DNA of 64,000 bases, taken from NCBI GenBank assembly GCA_965247095.1, contig OZ251997.1, forward strand, positions 1,120,001 through 1,184,000, written 5' to 3'. This DNA is from Candidatus Multivorans sp. Lineage in GTDB: Bacteria; Acidobacteriota; Thermoanaerobaculia; Multivoradales; Multivoraceae. Under the pieces are notes generated by a model. The model saw only the letters and a list, made by a program, of their open reading frames with translations. It was not told where the DNA came from and made no database searches. Shown here in pieces: positions 37,471-46,640 of the stretch. Position 1 is the stretch's first letter, and each line of letters starts with the position of its first letter. Made by a program: the position numbers and the translations under genes.

Positions 37471-38666
37471 CTATCCCGATTCTTCCACACCGGCGGCGAC
37501 GATCCACCCACTCGCTCCACTGCCTCCAACCACTGCTGCGCGGCGTGCCGCGGCCGGTAGCCCTGGTCCAGGCGACGGCGTCCCGCCTCGCCACGCCGCC
37601 GCGATTCAGCGGGGTCGGACGTTGCCGCGATCAACGCGTCGGCGAGAGCGCTCGAGCGTTCCGGCGGCGCCAGCCAGCCGGTTTCCCCATCGACGACGAC
37701 CTCCGGAATGCCGCTGACGGCAGAGGCGATGACGGGGATTCCGTCGCCCATCGCCTCGAGGACCACCAGCGGCATGCCTTCGTAGGTGGAGGGAACGACG
37801 AGAGCCGTCGCGCGCTGCCGCAATTTGGCGACCTCCGACCGCGAGCAGCGGCCCGCGAAGCGTACGCTCGTTCCCAGCCGAAGGCTGCACGCCAGCGCGG
37901 ACAGGGACCCACGGCGCTCCCCGTCGCCCGCGATGACCAGCCGCGGCCGATGCCCCCGTTCACGTGCCGCCGCCAGGGCATGAAGCAGGATCTCGAACCC
38001 CTTGCGAATCCGCATCCGGCCGACCGCGAGCACGAACTGCTCCTGACCGGCAACCTCGTCACCCCGGCTTTTCCCGGTGTCGCGGTCGTCCGGGTGGTCC
38101 AGGGGCGCTCCCGTCACGTTCGGGACCACCTGAACGCCGGTGACCCCGTAGTCGAGCTCGATCTCCCTCGCAGTGACCCGGCTCGGAGCGAGACGCAGGT
38201 CGGCGCACCTGGCCGTGATCCGGCCCAGCGCGATGTGCAGAGGCGTGCGCAGCGAGCGGAAGACACGCTCGCTCATCGCGGGACGGGCAACCACCGCGGA
38301 GCGACGGTCGTAGTCGACCAGTGAACGGACCGCCAGGCGCTCGCGGACATAGCTCACCTGCTGGAGCGCGGCGAGCAGGGGCCGGTGGGCGCCGCCCCGT
38401 CGGGCAAGGTCCCGGATCACCAGACCGCCGTCGCTCTCGTGGACCTGGACCACGTCCGGCCGCCATTCGCTGACCCGGCGCGCGACGGCGCGCCGGGCGT
38501 ACCAGGGAAACGAGGTCTTCGAGACTTTCGGACCGCACCGGTCGCGACCCAGAACGTCCACGTCACAGCCGGCCTGCCGCAGGCCCCAGGCGAGCTGCAG
38601 CACCTGTTCGCCGGCGCCGGAGAGATCCCGCGGCGGCAGCACATTGGCGACCAGGAGGACCTTCAC
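37467..38666 (-). CDS. Glycosyltransferase family 4 protein
   Basis: GTG start overlapping the recG stop; VGRMRIRKG, PSTYEGMPLVVLEAM, SGIPEVV. Confidence 0.92.
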   Translation of the reverse strand: MKVLLVANVLPPRDLSGAGEQVLQLAWGLRQAGCDVDVLGRDRCGPKVSKTSFPWYARRAVARRVSEWRPDVVQVHESDGGLVIRDLARRGGAHRPLLAALQQVSYVRERLAVRSLVDYDRRSAVVARPAMSERVFRSLRTPLHIALGRITARCADLRLAPSRVTAREIELDYGVTGVQVVPNVTGAPLDHPDDRDTGKSRGDEVAGQEQFVLAVGRMRIRKGFEILLHALAAARERGHRPRLVIAGDGERRGSLSALACSLRLGTSVRFAGRCSRSEVAKLRQRATALVVPSTYEGMPLVVLEAMGDGIPVIASAVSGIPEVVVDGETGWLAPPERSSALADALIAATSDPAESRRRGEAGRRRLDQGYRPRHAAQQWLEAVERVGGSSPPVWKNRDR

Positions 38667-40801
38667 GGCTCGGCGGTCCCTTGCCTCGGCGCCCCGAGGG
38701 TGGGAATCCGGCGCTCCAATTGCCGCCGCAACGGCTCGTTCCCGGGCTCCGCGAGCCGGTCGAGGAGTCTGGCGGCGTCGGCACGCGCCGCCACCAGCCA
38801 CTTCCAGTCACGGGCCAGATCGCCGAAGCGGAACTGCGGCAGACCGGCCTGCCGCGTTCCGAGCACCTCACCGGGCCCGCGCTGACGGAGATCCTCCTCC
38901 GCGATCCGGAAACCGTCGTTCGATTCCTCGAACACAGCCAACCGCCGCTGTGCCTCGGTCGACGACCCACCGCAGACCGCGATGCAGATCGACTCCCCGA
39001 GCGTCTGGTCCGTACCGCGGCCGATGCGGCCTCGAAGCTGGTGCAGTTGGGCCAGTCCGAACCGCTCCGCACCGAGGATCACCATCGCGGTCGCCTCCGG
39101 TACATCAACGCCCACCTCGATCACGGTCGTCGCCAGCAGCACCCGGATCGAGCCCTCGGAGAACCGACTCATCGTCGCGTCGCGCTCTTCGCGCCCCAGA
39201 CGACCGTGGACGACCCCGTGAGGCCTTCCGAGCGCCTCGGCCCACCAGGAACCCGACTCCTCGAGAGAAGGCAACGTGGCAAAGCCCCCCTCGCCGGCGT
39301 CGATCAGGGGAAAGACGACGTATGCCCGGCCGCCGCGCCGAAGCCGCTCGCGGACCAGCGCCACCGCCTGATCCCGCTGGTCCCCGGTCATCACCCGGGT
39401 CTCGATCGGACTGCGGCCCGGCGGCATTTCATCGAGTATCGACACGTCGAGGTCACCGTACACGGTCAGCGCCAACGATCTCGGAATCGGCGTCGCGGTC
39501 ATGACCAGGAGATCGGGGCGCAACCCCTTCTCCGCCAGGGACTGGCGCTGTGCGACGCCGAAACGATGCTGCTCGTCGATCACCGCGAGGCCCAGCCGCG
39601 CGAAGCGCGTCCGCTCCTGGATCAACGCGTGGGTGCCGACGGTGAGGGCGACCCGGCCGTCGGCGATCCTGTCCTCCACTGCTCCGAAGCCGTTGCTGGC
39701 GATGCGCTGGCTGGAAGTCAGGAGGGCCAGCGTCAGGTGGGATCCCAGCAACCGCTCCAGGGAAGCGAAGTGCTGCTCGGCGAGCAGCTCCGTGGGCGCC
39801 ATCAGGGCCGACTGGAGGCCGCTCCGCGCCGCGACCAGGCAGGCCAGGGCGGCGATGACCGTCTTGCCGCTGCCGACATCGCCCTGTACCAGGCGGAGCA
39901 TCGGCATCCGCCCCGAGAGATCGGCCACGATCTCCTGCAGCACCCGTTCCTGGGCCCCGGTCAACTGGAATGGCAGCAGCTCCCGCGCCGGGCCCCAAAC
40001 AAGGTCACAGGTACGGTACCGGTGCGGCTTCCCTTGCCGGCTGCGCTGCCTGCGAACGGCGGCGAGCTGCAACTGCTGGAGCAGGAACTCGCCGTAGGCG
40101 AGGCGGGCATGGGCCGGACTGCGCCTCTCGTTCAGTTCTTCGACCGAAGCCTCCGGCGAGGGCCGATGAACCTCGGCCAGGGCTTCCGCCAGGCTGGGCA
40201 GCCCGTGCCGCGCCAGCTCCTCGCCGGGCAACCACTCGTCGATCCAGTTGGGGCCCCGGGTTTCCGTCAGGCCGTCCACGACCCCGGCCACCAGGCGTTC
40301 CACCCGCGAGGGCGGCACGTCGCCGATGCGGCCGTACACCGGCCGTACGCCACCGCCGAAGGCGGGCGCCTGCCCCACCCGTTCGACGGTCGGATTCGCC
40401 AGTTCCCAGACGCCGTCCCCACCCCTGCGTCTGGGCACGCCGTGGAGGAGGTACGACGCTCCCTCTTCCAACTGATTCAGCAGATACGGCCGGTTGAACC
40501 AGACCACGCCGGCCCGGTTCTCGCCGTCGTCCGCCATCGCCTCCACGCGCGAGAACCGACGGCGGGCGAACACCCGCCGGATCTTCTCCAGGCGCACCAC
40601 AACGGTCAGCGCCCCCGGCGGGCTGTCGGGCGAACCGTCCTCGCCCGGCCCGGGCAGGCGCCCAAGCGTGCGCCGGTCCTCGTAGCGGATGGGAAGATGC
40701 GCCAGCATGTCCGCTATCCGCCGGCAACCGGCCGCAGCCAGCTTGCGGCCCAACACGGGGCCCACACCGCGCGCACTGGTGATCGGGTCGCGCGCTTCCA
40801 T
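38663..40801 (-). CDS. recG: ATP-dependent DNA helicase RecG
   Basis: QGDVGSGKT, APTELLAEQH, GTHAL, DEQHRFG, MTATPIPR, QLHQLRGRIGR, DGFRIAEEDL. Confidence 0.97.
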   Translation of the reverse strand: MEARDPITSARGVGPVLGRKLAAAGCRRIADMLAHLPIRYEDRRTLGRLPGPGEDGSPDSPPGALTVVVRLEKIRRVFARRRFSRVEAMADDGENRAGVVWFNRPYLLNQLEEGASYLLHGVPRRRGGDGVWELANPTVERVGQAPAFGGGVRPVYGRIGDVPPSRVERLVAGVVDGLTETRGPNWIDEWLPGEELARHGLPSLAEALAEVHRPSPEASVEELNERRSPAHARLAYGEFLLQQLQLAAVRRQRSRQGKPHRYRTCDLVWGPARELLPFQLTGAQERVLQEIVADLSGRMPMLRLVQGDVGSGKTVIAALACLVAARSGLQSALMAPTELLAEQHFASLERLLGSHLTLALLTSSQRIASNGFGAVEDRIADGRVALTVGTHALIQERTRFARLGLAVIDEQHRFGVAQRQSLAEKGLRPDLLVMTATPIPRSLALTVYGDLDVSILDEMPPGRSPIETRVMTGDQRDQAVALVRERLRRGGRAYVVFPLIDAGEGGFATLPSLEESGSWWAEALGRPHGVVHGRLGREERDATMSRFSEGSIRVLLATTVIEVGVDVPEATAMVILGAERFGLAQLHQLRGRIGRGTDQTLGESICIAVCGGSSTEAQRRLAVFEESNDGFRIAEEDLRQRGPGEVLGTRQAGLPQFRFGDLARDWKWLVAARADAARLLDRLAEPGNEPLRRQLERRIPTLGAPRQGTAEP

Positions 40802-40816
40802 CGTTGCGCGGCGGCT

Positions 40817-41797
40817 CTAGCCCAGCACCTCGAGCGTGGCGGCATCCGGATCGACCCGGACCCGCGCTCCCAACGGCAGCGTGTGATTGGGCGCCTCGTG
40901 GCCTGCCGGCAAACCGGCCAGGAGCGGCGCCCCGAGTGCGTCCGCAAAGTCGATCAGGCTGTCGCGCGCATCGCAGTTCGTGAAGTGACCGGCGACCACC
41001 GCCCGCACACCGGCCATGCGGCGGGACGTCCGGAGCTGGGTCAACAGGCGGTCGATGCGGTACTCGGGTTCGTCGATGTCCTCGAGCACGAGGATGGAAT
41101 CGCGGAAGTCGGGCAGGAAACCCGTCCCGACGGTCGCCGCCAGCATGGTCAGGCAGCCTCCGAGCAACCGCCCACAGATCGCCTCGGGTCGGCCGGCCGA
41201 CACGCCGGCAACAACCGGCGCCAACTGCCACGTTGTACCCCGCTTCCCGGCCAGCGCGTCGAGAAAGGACGTTCGTTCGTCCGGCCGGAGCCCACGCGCG
41301 AAGTCCACCACCATCGGGCCGTGGTACGCGACAGTCCGGGCGCGGGAGACGAGGGCCAAGAGTATGGGCGTCAGATCGGAGTAGCCCACGTAGGGCCGTG
41401 GCCGGGAGGCGAGCAGCGGCCAGTCGATCCTTTCCAGCAGCCTGAGCACGCCGTGCCCCCCACGGGCGAAGACGATTCCCGCTACCCTGTCGTCCGCCGC
41501 CAGTTCGTGGAACGCCGCCAGCCGCTGACCGTCGGCGCCCGCAAACAGCGCCCGCCCTTCGGGCGCCGCCCCGGCCCGAAGGTTGGACCCCAGCACCACC
41601 TCGAAACCGAGGTCTTCGAGCGCCGCTACGCCCGTCGACAGACGTTCATCGTCGATCGGGCCCGAGAGCGCGGCGATCCCGATCCGGTCGCCGGGCCGAA
41701 CCGCCGGCGGACGTCTCCCGCTGTCACGAAACCAAGGCGCGGCGCGACCTGGGATGGGCGCCGCGGTACGACCTCGAGAGCGGTTGGCGAAGGTCAA
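40817..41797 (-). CDS. LD-carboxypeptidase (peptidase S66)
   Basis: PGDRIGIAALSG, ARGGHG, GYSDLT, LEDIDE, AGH. Confidence 0.92.
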   Translation of the reverse strand: MTFANRSRGRTAAPIPGRAAPWFRDSGRRPPAVRPGDRIGIAALSGPIDDERLSTGVAALEDLGFEVVLGSNLRAGAAPEGRALFAGADGQRLAAFHELAADDRVAGIVFARGGHGVLRLLERIDWPLLASRPRPYVGYSDLTPILLALVSRARTVAYHGPMVVDFARGLRPDERTSFLDALAGKRGTTWQLAPVVAGVSAGRPEAICGRLLGGCLTMLAATVGTGFLPDFRDSILVLEDIDEPEYRIDRLLTQLRTSRRMAGVRAVVAGHFTNCDARDSLIDFADALGAPLLAGLPAGHEAPNHTLPLGARVRVDPDAATLEVLG

Positions 41798-42218
41798 GTG
41801 CCGGAGGACCTCGTAAGCCGGATTCTGTTCGTCCCATCACCGTCAAGCGAGGGGAGGCGGCCATTCATCTCTGCGACCTACCCGGAGGGCGTCCCGGGCT
41901 GCGAACAGCCCGGGATCGGGACGGACAGCCCGATCCGCACTCCCTATTTGGTCTTGCTCCACATGGGGTTTACCATCGCCTCGCACCGTTGCCGGCCGAG
42001 CGGTGCGCTCTTACCGCACCGTTTCACCCTTGCCGGCCCTCCAGCACCCGAAGCCCGGATCGGACTCCGGAACCGTTGGACCGGCGGTCTGCTCTCTGTT
42101 GCACTTTCCGTCGCGTCGCCACGCCTTGCCGTTAGCAAGCATGCCGTCCGTTGGAGTCCGGACTTTCCTCCCCCGGCGGATACACCGCCGGGAGCGACCG
42201 CATCCGGTCCTCCGGCAC
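41798..42218 (-). ncRNA. rnpB: RNase P RNA (type A)
   Basis: GAGGAAAGTCCGGACT, GGAAAGTGCAACAGA, GGTGAAACGGTGCGGTAAGAGCGCACC, ACAGAATCCGGCTTA; perfect 13-bp P1 (41798-41810 with 42206-42218). Confidence 0.97.
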
Positions 42219-42252
42219 AGCGGAGGCTAGCAGCCCCCAAGCGACGACGCAC

Positions 42253-44046
42253 CTACTCGCGGTGGACCGAGGCGTAGACCGAACGGGCGAGCTTGGCGCC
42301 CAGGACCTCCTGGAGCTGCTCCTCCGACGCCTGCGTCACCCCGGCGTAGCTGCCGAAGCGCCGCACCAGCAGCTTGCGCCGCTGCGGGCCGATGCCTCGC
42401 AGGTCGTCGAAACGGCTATGCAGAGTCCGCTTGGAGCGGCGGCGACGGTGGCGCGACACCGCGAACCGGTGCGCCTCGTCCCGCACCTGCTGGAGGACGC
42501 GCAGGCCGGAGTGATTCCGCTTCAACCGCAGTGGCGCCGGCCGCGCCGGGACGTAGATCTCCTCCTCCCGCTTTGCCAGACCAACCACCGGCGTCTCGTC
42601 GACGCCGAGTTCCGCCAGCGCCTCGAGCGCCGCGTTCAACTGGCCGCGTCCCCCGTCGATCAGGATCAGGTCCGGCATCTCGCCGACCTCCTCCAGCCGG
42701 CGCCGGTAGCGTCGTTCCACTGCCTGGCGGATCGATGCGAAGTCGTCGGCCTGTTCCAGGCCGCGGATGTTGAAGCTGCGGTACTGGTCCTTGGCCATTC
42801 GGCCGTCGCTCCAGACCACCAGGGAGGCGACGGTCTGGCTGCCGCCGAAGGTCGAGATGTCGAAGCCCTCGATCCGCCGCGGAGGATCTTCGAGGTCGAG
42901 TGCGCGCCGCAGCGCCTCGCCGGCCTCGCCGGCGGCGCCGGCGCCCCGGAACCGGCGGCGGAAGGCCATCGAGGCGTTCCGGCTGGCAAGCGCCACGCGC
43001 TGCGCCTTCTGTCCGCGCGAAGGCATGCGGAGGTAGACCTTCGACTCGCGACGCGCGCTCAACCACTCGACCAGCGCCTCCTCGCCCTCGATCGGCGCCG
43101 GCAGGTGGATCTCCTTGGGGATCAGGGTGGTCCGGTCGTAGAGCTGCGGCAGCAGCTCCGACAGCAACCGTTCGGCGGTGATCTTCGAAACGCCCTCCCA
43201 GAACAGCTCGCGGCGATCGAGCACCTGGCCCCCGCGCATGACCAGGACGACGACGGCCGCGTTGTCGCCGCTGATGTGGACGCCGAAGATGTCGACGTCC
43301 TCGCCCCGGTCCGAACTCAGCTTCCGGCGCTGGCTGATCGACGCAATCTCCTGCATCGTGTCGCGAAGACGGGCCGCGGTCTCGAACTCCAGATTGGCCG
43401 CGTGAGTCCGCATCCGGCCGCGCAGGTCTCGCAGCAGCTCGTCGTTCCTGCCGGCGAGAAAGAGACGCGCCTTCTCCACCGCCTCGGCATAGGCCTCGTC
43501 GCTGGTCAGGCCGTCGACGCAGGGCCCCAGGCAGCGTTTCATGTCGTAGTAGAGGCAGGGCCGCGGCAGGCTGCCGTCGATCTCGATCCGGCACACCCGG
43601 ATGCCGAACAGCTTCTGCGTCAGCTTGATCGCCTTGCGCGCCAGTCCGGCGGGCAGGTACGGACCGTAGTACTCCGCGCCGTCGCGGCGGACGCGCCGGG
43701 TGAAGGCGAGGCGCGGGTGGCCGTCGGCGAGGGTGAGCTTGAGGTACGGGTACGTCTTGTCGTCGCGCAGACGGATGTTGAACCGCGGCTGCCGGCGCTT
43801 GATCCAGTTGTTCTCGAACAGCAGGGCCTCGGCCTCCGAGTCCGTGACGACGAACTCGAGATCGGCCGCGTCCTCGAGCATCAGGGCGATGCGCGGATCT
43901 TCCGCCGGCCGGCGGTAGGTCGCACCCCGCTTGCGCAACGAGTTCGCCTTGCCGACGTAGAGCGCCTCGCCGGCCTCCGACTTGAAGATGTAGATCCCCG
44001 GCTGATCCGGAAGTTCCGCCAGCTTGCGGTCGAGGACCGGGTGCAT
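42253..44046 (-). CDS. uvrC: Excinuclease ABC subunit C
   Basis: LPDQPGIY, YVGKA.SLRKR, DDKTYPY, IEGFDIS, LILIDGGRGQ, RDEAHRFA. Confidence 0.97.
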   Translation of the reverse strand: MHPVLDRKLAELPDQPGIYIFKSEAGEALYVGKANSLRKRGATYRRPAEDPRIALMLEDAADLEFVVTDSEAEALLFENNWIKRRQPRFNIRLRDDKTYPYLKLTLADGHPRLAFTRRVRRDGAEYYGPYLPAGLARKAIKLTQKLFGIRVCRIEIDGSLPRPCLYYDMKRCLGPCVDGLTSDEAYAEAVEKARLFLAGRNDELLRDLRGRMRTHAANLEFETAARLRDTMQEIASISQRRKLSSDRGEDVDIFGVHISGDNAAVVVLVMRGGQVLDRRELFWEGVSKITAERLLSELLPQLYDRTTLIPKEIHLPAPIEGEEALVEWLSARRESKVYLRMPSRGQKAQRVALASRNASMAFRRRFRGAGAAGEAGEALRRALDLEDPPRRIEGFDISTFGGSQTVASLVVWSDGRMAKDQYRSFNIRGLEQADDFASIRQAVERRYRRRLEEVGEMPDLILIDGGRGQLNAALEALAELGVDETPVVGLAKREEEIYVPARPAPLRLKRNHSGLRVLQQVRDEAHRFAVSRHRRRRSKRTLHSRFDDLRGIGPQRRKLLVRRFGSYAGVTQASEEQLQEVLGAKLARSVYASVHRE

Positions 44047-46142
44047 CAGCCCATCACCTTCAGCTCGCGCAGCTCCTTCAGACGATCCCGCAGCACCGCG
44101 GCCTGCTCGAACTCCAACCGCCGGGAGGCCTGCTTCATCGCCTTCTCCAGGCGCGCGATGCGGCGTTCCAGGGGCATCTCGGGTACGTCCTCACGAAGCA
44201 GATCCTCCACGGCCGCCTCGGCTTCCGCCCCCGCCTTGTGCAGGTAGTCGAGGTTGCTCATCCGCACCAGCGGGCTGTCGACCTCCTTCAGGATGGACGC
44301 CGGCTCGATCCCGTGCTCCCGGTTGTAGCTGCCCTGGACCTCGCGCCGCCGCGACGTCTCCGCCAACGACCGTTCGATCGAGCCGGTGCGCCGGTCGGCA
44401 TAGAAGATGACCTTGCCGTTCAGGTTGCGGGCCGCCCGGCCCGCGGTCTGGATGAGGGACACCTCGCTGCGCAGGAAGCCCTCCTTGTCCGCGTCCAGAA
44501 TCGCGACCAGGGACACCTCGGGCAGATCCAGGCCCTCCCGCAGCAGGTTGATGCCGACCAGGATGTCGAAATCCCCGCGGCGCAGGCCAGCGGTGATCTC
44601 GATTCGCTCCAGGGTGACGATGTCGCTGTGCAGGTACTGGACCCTAAGCCCGAGCTCTGAGAGGTACTGGGTGAGCTCCTCCGCCATTCTCTTGGTCAGA
44701 GTGGTCACCAGGACACGCTCGCCGCGATCGATCACGGTGCGGGCCTCGGCGACCAGGTCGTCGATCTGGTTGGCGGCCGGACGGACATCGATCGGGGGAT
44801 CGAGCAGGCCCGTCGGACGAATGACCTGCTCCACCACGACGCCGCCGGTCCGCTCCAGTTCGAAGGGGCCGGGAGTGGCGGAGACGTAGATGCGCTGACC
44901 GCAGCGTTCCTCGAACTCGTCGAAGCGCAGCGGCCGGTTGTCCAGCGCGCTCGGCAGCCGGAAGCCGAACTCCACGAGGGTCTCCTTGCGCGCGCGGTCG
45001 CCACGGTACATCCCGCCCACCTGGGGAATCGTCTGATGGCTCTCGTCCACCACCAGCAGGAAGTCCTCGGGCAGGTAGTCCAGAAACGTCGGCGGGGCCT
45101 CGCCCGGCGCCCGCCCGGAGAGGTGGCGCGAGTAGTTCTCGATCCCGGCGCAGGAGCCGAGTTCCCCTAGCATCTCCAGGTCGTAGCGGGTGCGCTGCTC
45201 CAAACGCTGCATCTCGAGCAACCGGTTCTCCCCCTCGAGCACCGCCAGGTGTTTGCCCAGTTCCTCCTGGATGGAGGCGACCGCCCGCCGCATCCGCTCT
45301 TCCGGCGTCACGTACTGATTGCGAGGAAAGACCGGCATCCGGTCGACCTCCTCGAGTACCCGGCCGCTGATCACGTCGAAGCGGCAGATGCGGTCGACTT
45401 CGTCGCCGAAGTACTCCACCCGGATGCCGCGATCGTCGTAGGCGGGGAGGATCTCCAGCACGTCGCCGCGCACCCGGAAGCTGCCGTGAAAGAGGTCGAG
45501 CCGGGTGCGTTCGTACTGCATCTCGACCAGCTTCCGCAGTGCGCGTTCCATCGGCAGTTCCTTCCCCTGCTCGAAGAACTGAAGCATGGAGAAGAACACC
45601 TCCGGCGCTCCCAGGCCGTAGATGCAGGAGACCGAAGCCACGATCAGCACGTCGCGGCGCTCGAACGGCGAGATCGTGGCGCGCAGGCGCAAGCGGTCGA
45701 TCTCGTCGTTGATGCTGGTTTCCTTCTCGATATAGGTATCGGACTGCGGGACGTAGGCCTCCGGCTGGTAGTAGTCGTAGTAGGAGACGAAGTACTCGAC
45801 CGCATTGTTGGGAAAGAACCGCTTGAACTCCTGGTAGAGCTGCGCGGCCAGGGTCTTGTTGTGCGACAACACGAGGGTCGGCCGGTTCACCGCCTCGACG
45901 ACCTTCGCCACGGTGTAGGTCTTGCCGGAGCCGGTCACCCCGAGCAGCACCTGCTCGCCAACACCTGCTTGGAGGCCTGCCACCAACTCCGCAATCGCCT
46001 CGGGCTGATCGCCCGTCGGCTCGAACGGCGAGATGAGTTCGAAACGTCCTCCGCGTGACCCGCGCCAGCGATCCGACGGGCCGGCTTCCGCGCCGGGCGC
46101 CGTAGCTTTGGGCCCGTTCGCCGGCTCGAGGCCCCGATGCAA
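44046..46142 (-). CDS. uvrB: Excinuclease ABC subunit B
   Basis: [48 protein letters not shown]; start uncertain (TTG 46142 or 46175). Confidence 0.97.
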   Translation of the reverse strand: MHRGLEPANGPKATAPGAEAGPSDRWRGSRGGRFELISPFEPTGDQPEAIAELVAGLQAGVGEQVLLGVTGSGKTYTVAKVVEAVNRPTLVLSHNKTLAAQLYQEFKRFFPNNAVEYFVSYYDYYQPEAYVPQSDTYIEKETSINDEIDRLRLRATISPFERRDVLIVASVSCIYGLGAPEVFFSMLQFFEQGKELPMERALRKLVEMQYERTRLDLFHGSFRVRGDVLEILPAYDDRGIRVEYFGDEVDRICRFDVISGRVLEEVDRMPVFPRNQYVTPEERMRRAVASIQEELGKHLAVLEGENRLLEMQRLEQRTRYDLEMLGELGSCAGIENYSRHLSGRAPGEAPPTFLDYLPEDFLLVVDESHQTIPQVGGMYRGDRARKETLVEFGFRLPSALDNRPLRFDEFEERCGQRIYVSATPGPFELERTGGVVVEQVIRPTGLLDPPIDVRPAANQIDDLVAEARTVIDRGERVLVTTLTKRMAEELTQYLSELGLRVQYLHSDIVTLERIEITAGLRRGDFDILVGINLLREGLDLPEVSLVAILDADKEGFLRSEVSLIQTAGRAARNLNGKVIFYADRRTGSIERSLAETSRRREVQGSYNREHGIEPASILKEVDSPLVRMSNLDYLHKAGAEAEAAVEDLLREDVPEMPLERRIARLEKAMKQASRRLEFEQAAVLRDRLKELRELKVMG

Positions 46143-46143
46143 G

Positions 46144-46617
46144 TCAGACCTCCGGGCTAGCGCTGGAAGCCGCAATCCGCTCGAGACGCTCGGTCAGGCG
46201 GCGCAGATCGTCGCGGTCGAGGAGCCCCCGCTCTGCCCGCCGCAGCGCGTCGGTGAGCGCCATCTGCAACCGCCGGTTGTCGGCCGGCGTCGCCGGACGG
46301 GTCTTGTAGCGCTCGAGCACGGAATCAAACGCCCGGTCCAGACGGTTGCGCTCTTCCGACGTGATGTCCTCAGGCAGTTCCTCCATGATCCGCTCGCGAC
46401 CGAAGTCCAATACGAACTCGAGCAGTTCGTCGGCCTGGGTCAGGGCAACCACCAGCCCGACCACCAGGAGAACCACGAGCAGTCCGCATCCGGCCAGGCC
46501 CGCGATCAGACAGCCGCGCCGCGTCCGGCCAGGATCCCGCGGCCGCGCAGGCGACGGCTCGGGGAAGGGTTCCGGCAGTGGCGGCAGGCCGCGCGGCTCG
46601 TTGGCTTCGGAAGTCAT
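46144..46617 (-). CDS. Hypothetical single-TM protein
   Basis: Pro-rich N-terminus, [22 protein letters not shown], helical C-terminus. Confidence 0.7.
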   Translation of the reverse strand: MTSEANEPRGLPPLPEPFPEPSPARPRDPGRTRRGCLIAGLAGCGLLVVLLVVGLVVALTQADELLEFVLDFGRERIMEELPEDITSEERNRLDRAFDSVLERYKTRPATPADNRRLQMALTDALRRAERGLLDRDDLRRLTERLERIAASSASPEV

Positions 46618-46640
46618 GAGTCGGGCCGTATGATACGCGC

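Noticed and set aside
41798-41807. 10-nt match (CCTCCGGCAC) between the rnpB P1 3' strand and the tRNA-Leu 3' end
   Set aside because: Too short and GC-rich to distinguish from chance.
38681-42277. 1198-aa plus-strand ORF
   Set aside because: Antisense shadow of recG, the S66 peptidase and rnpB in high-GC DNA; no recognisable motifs.
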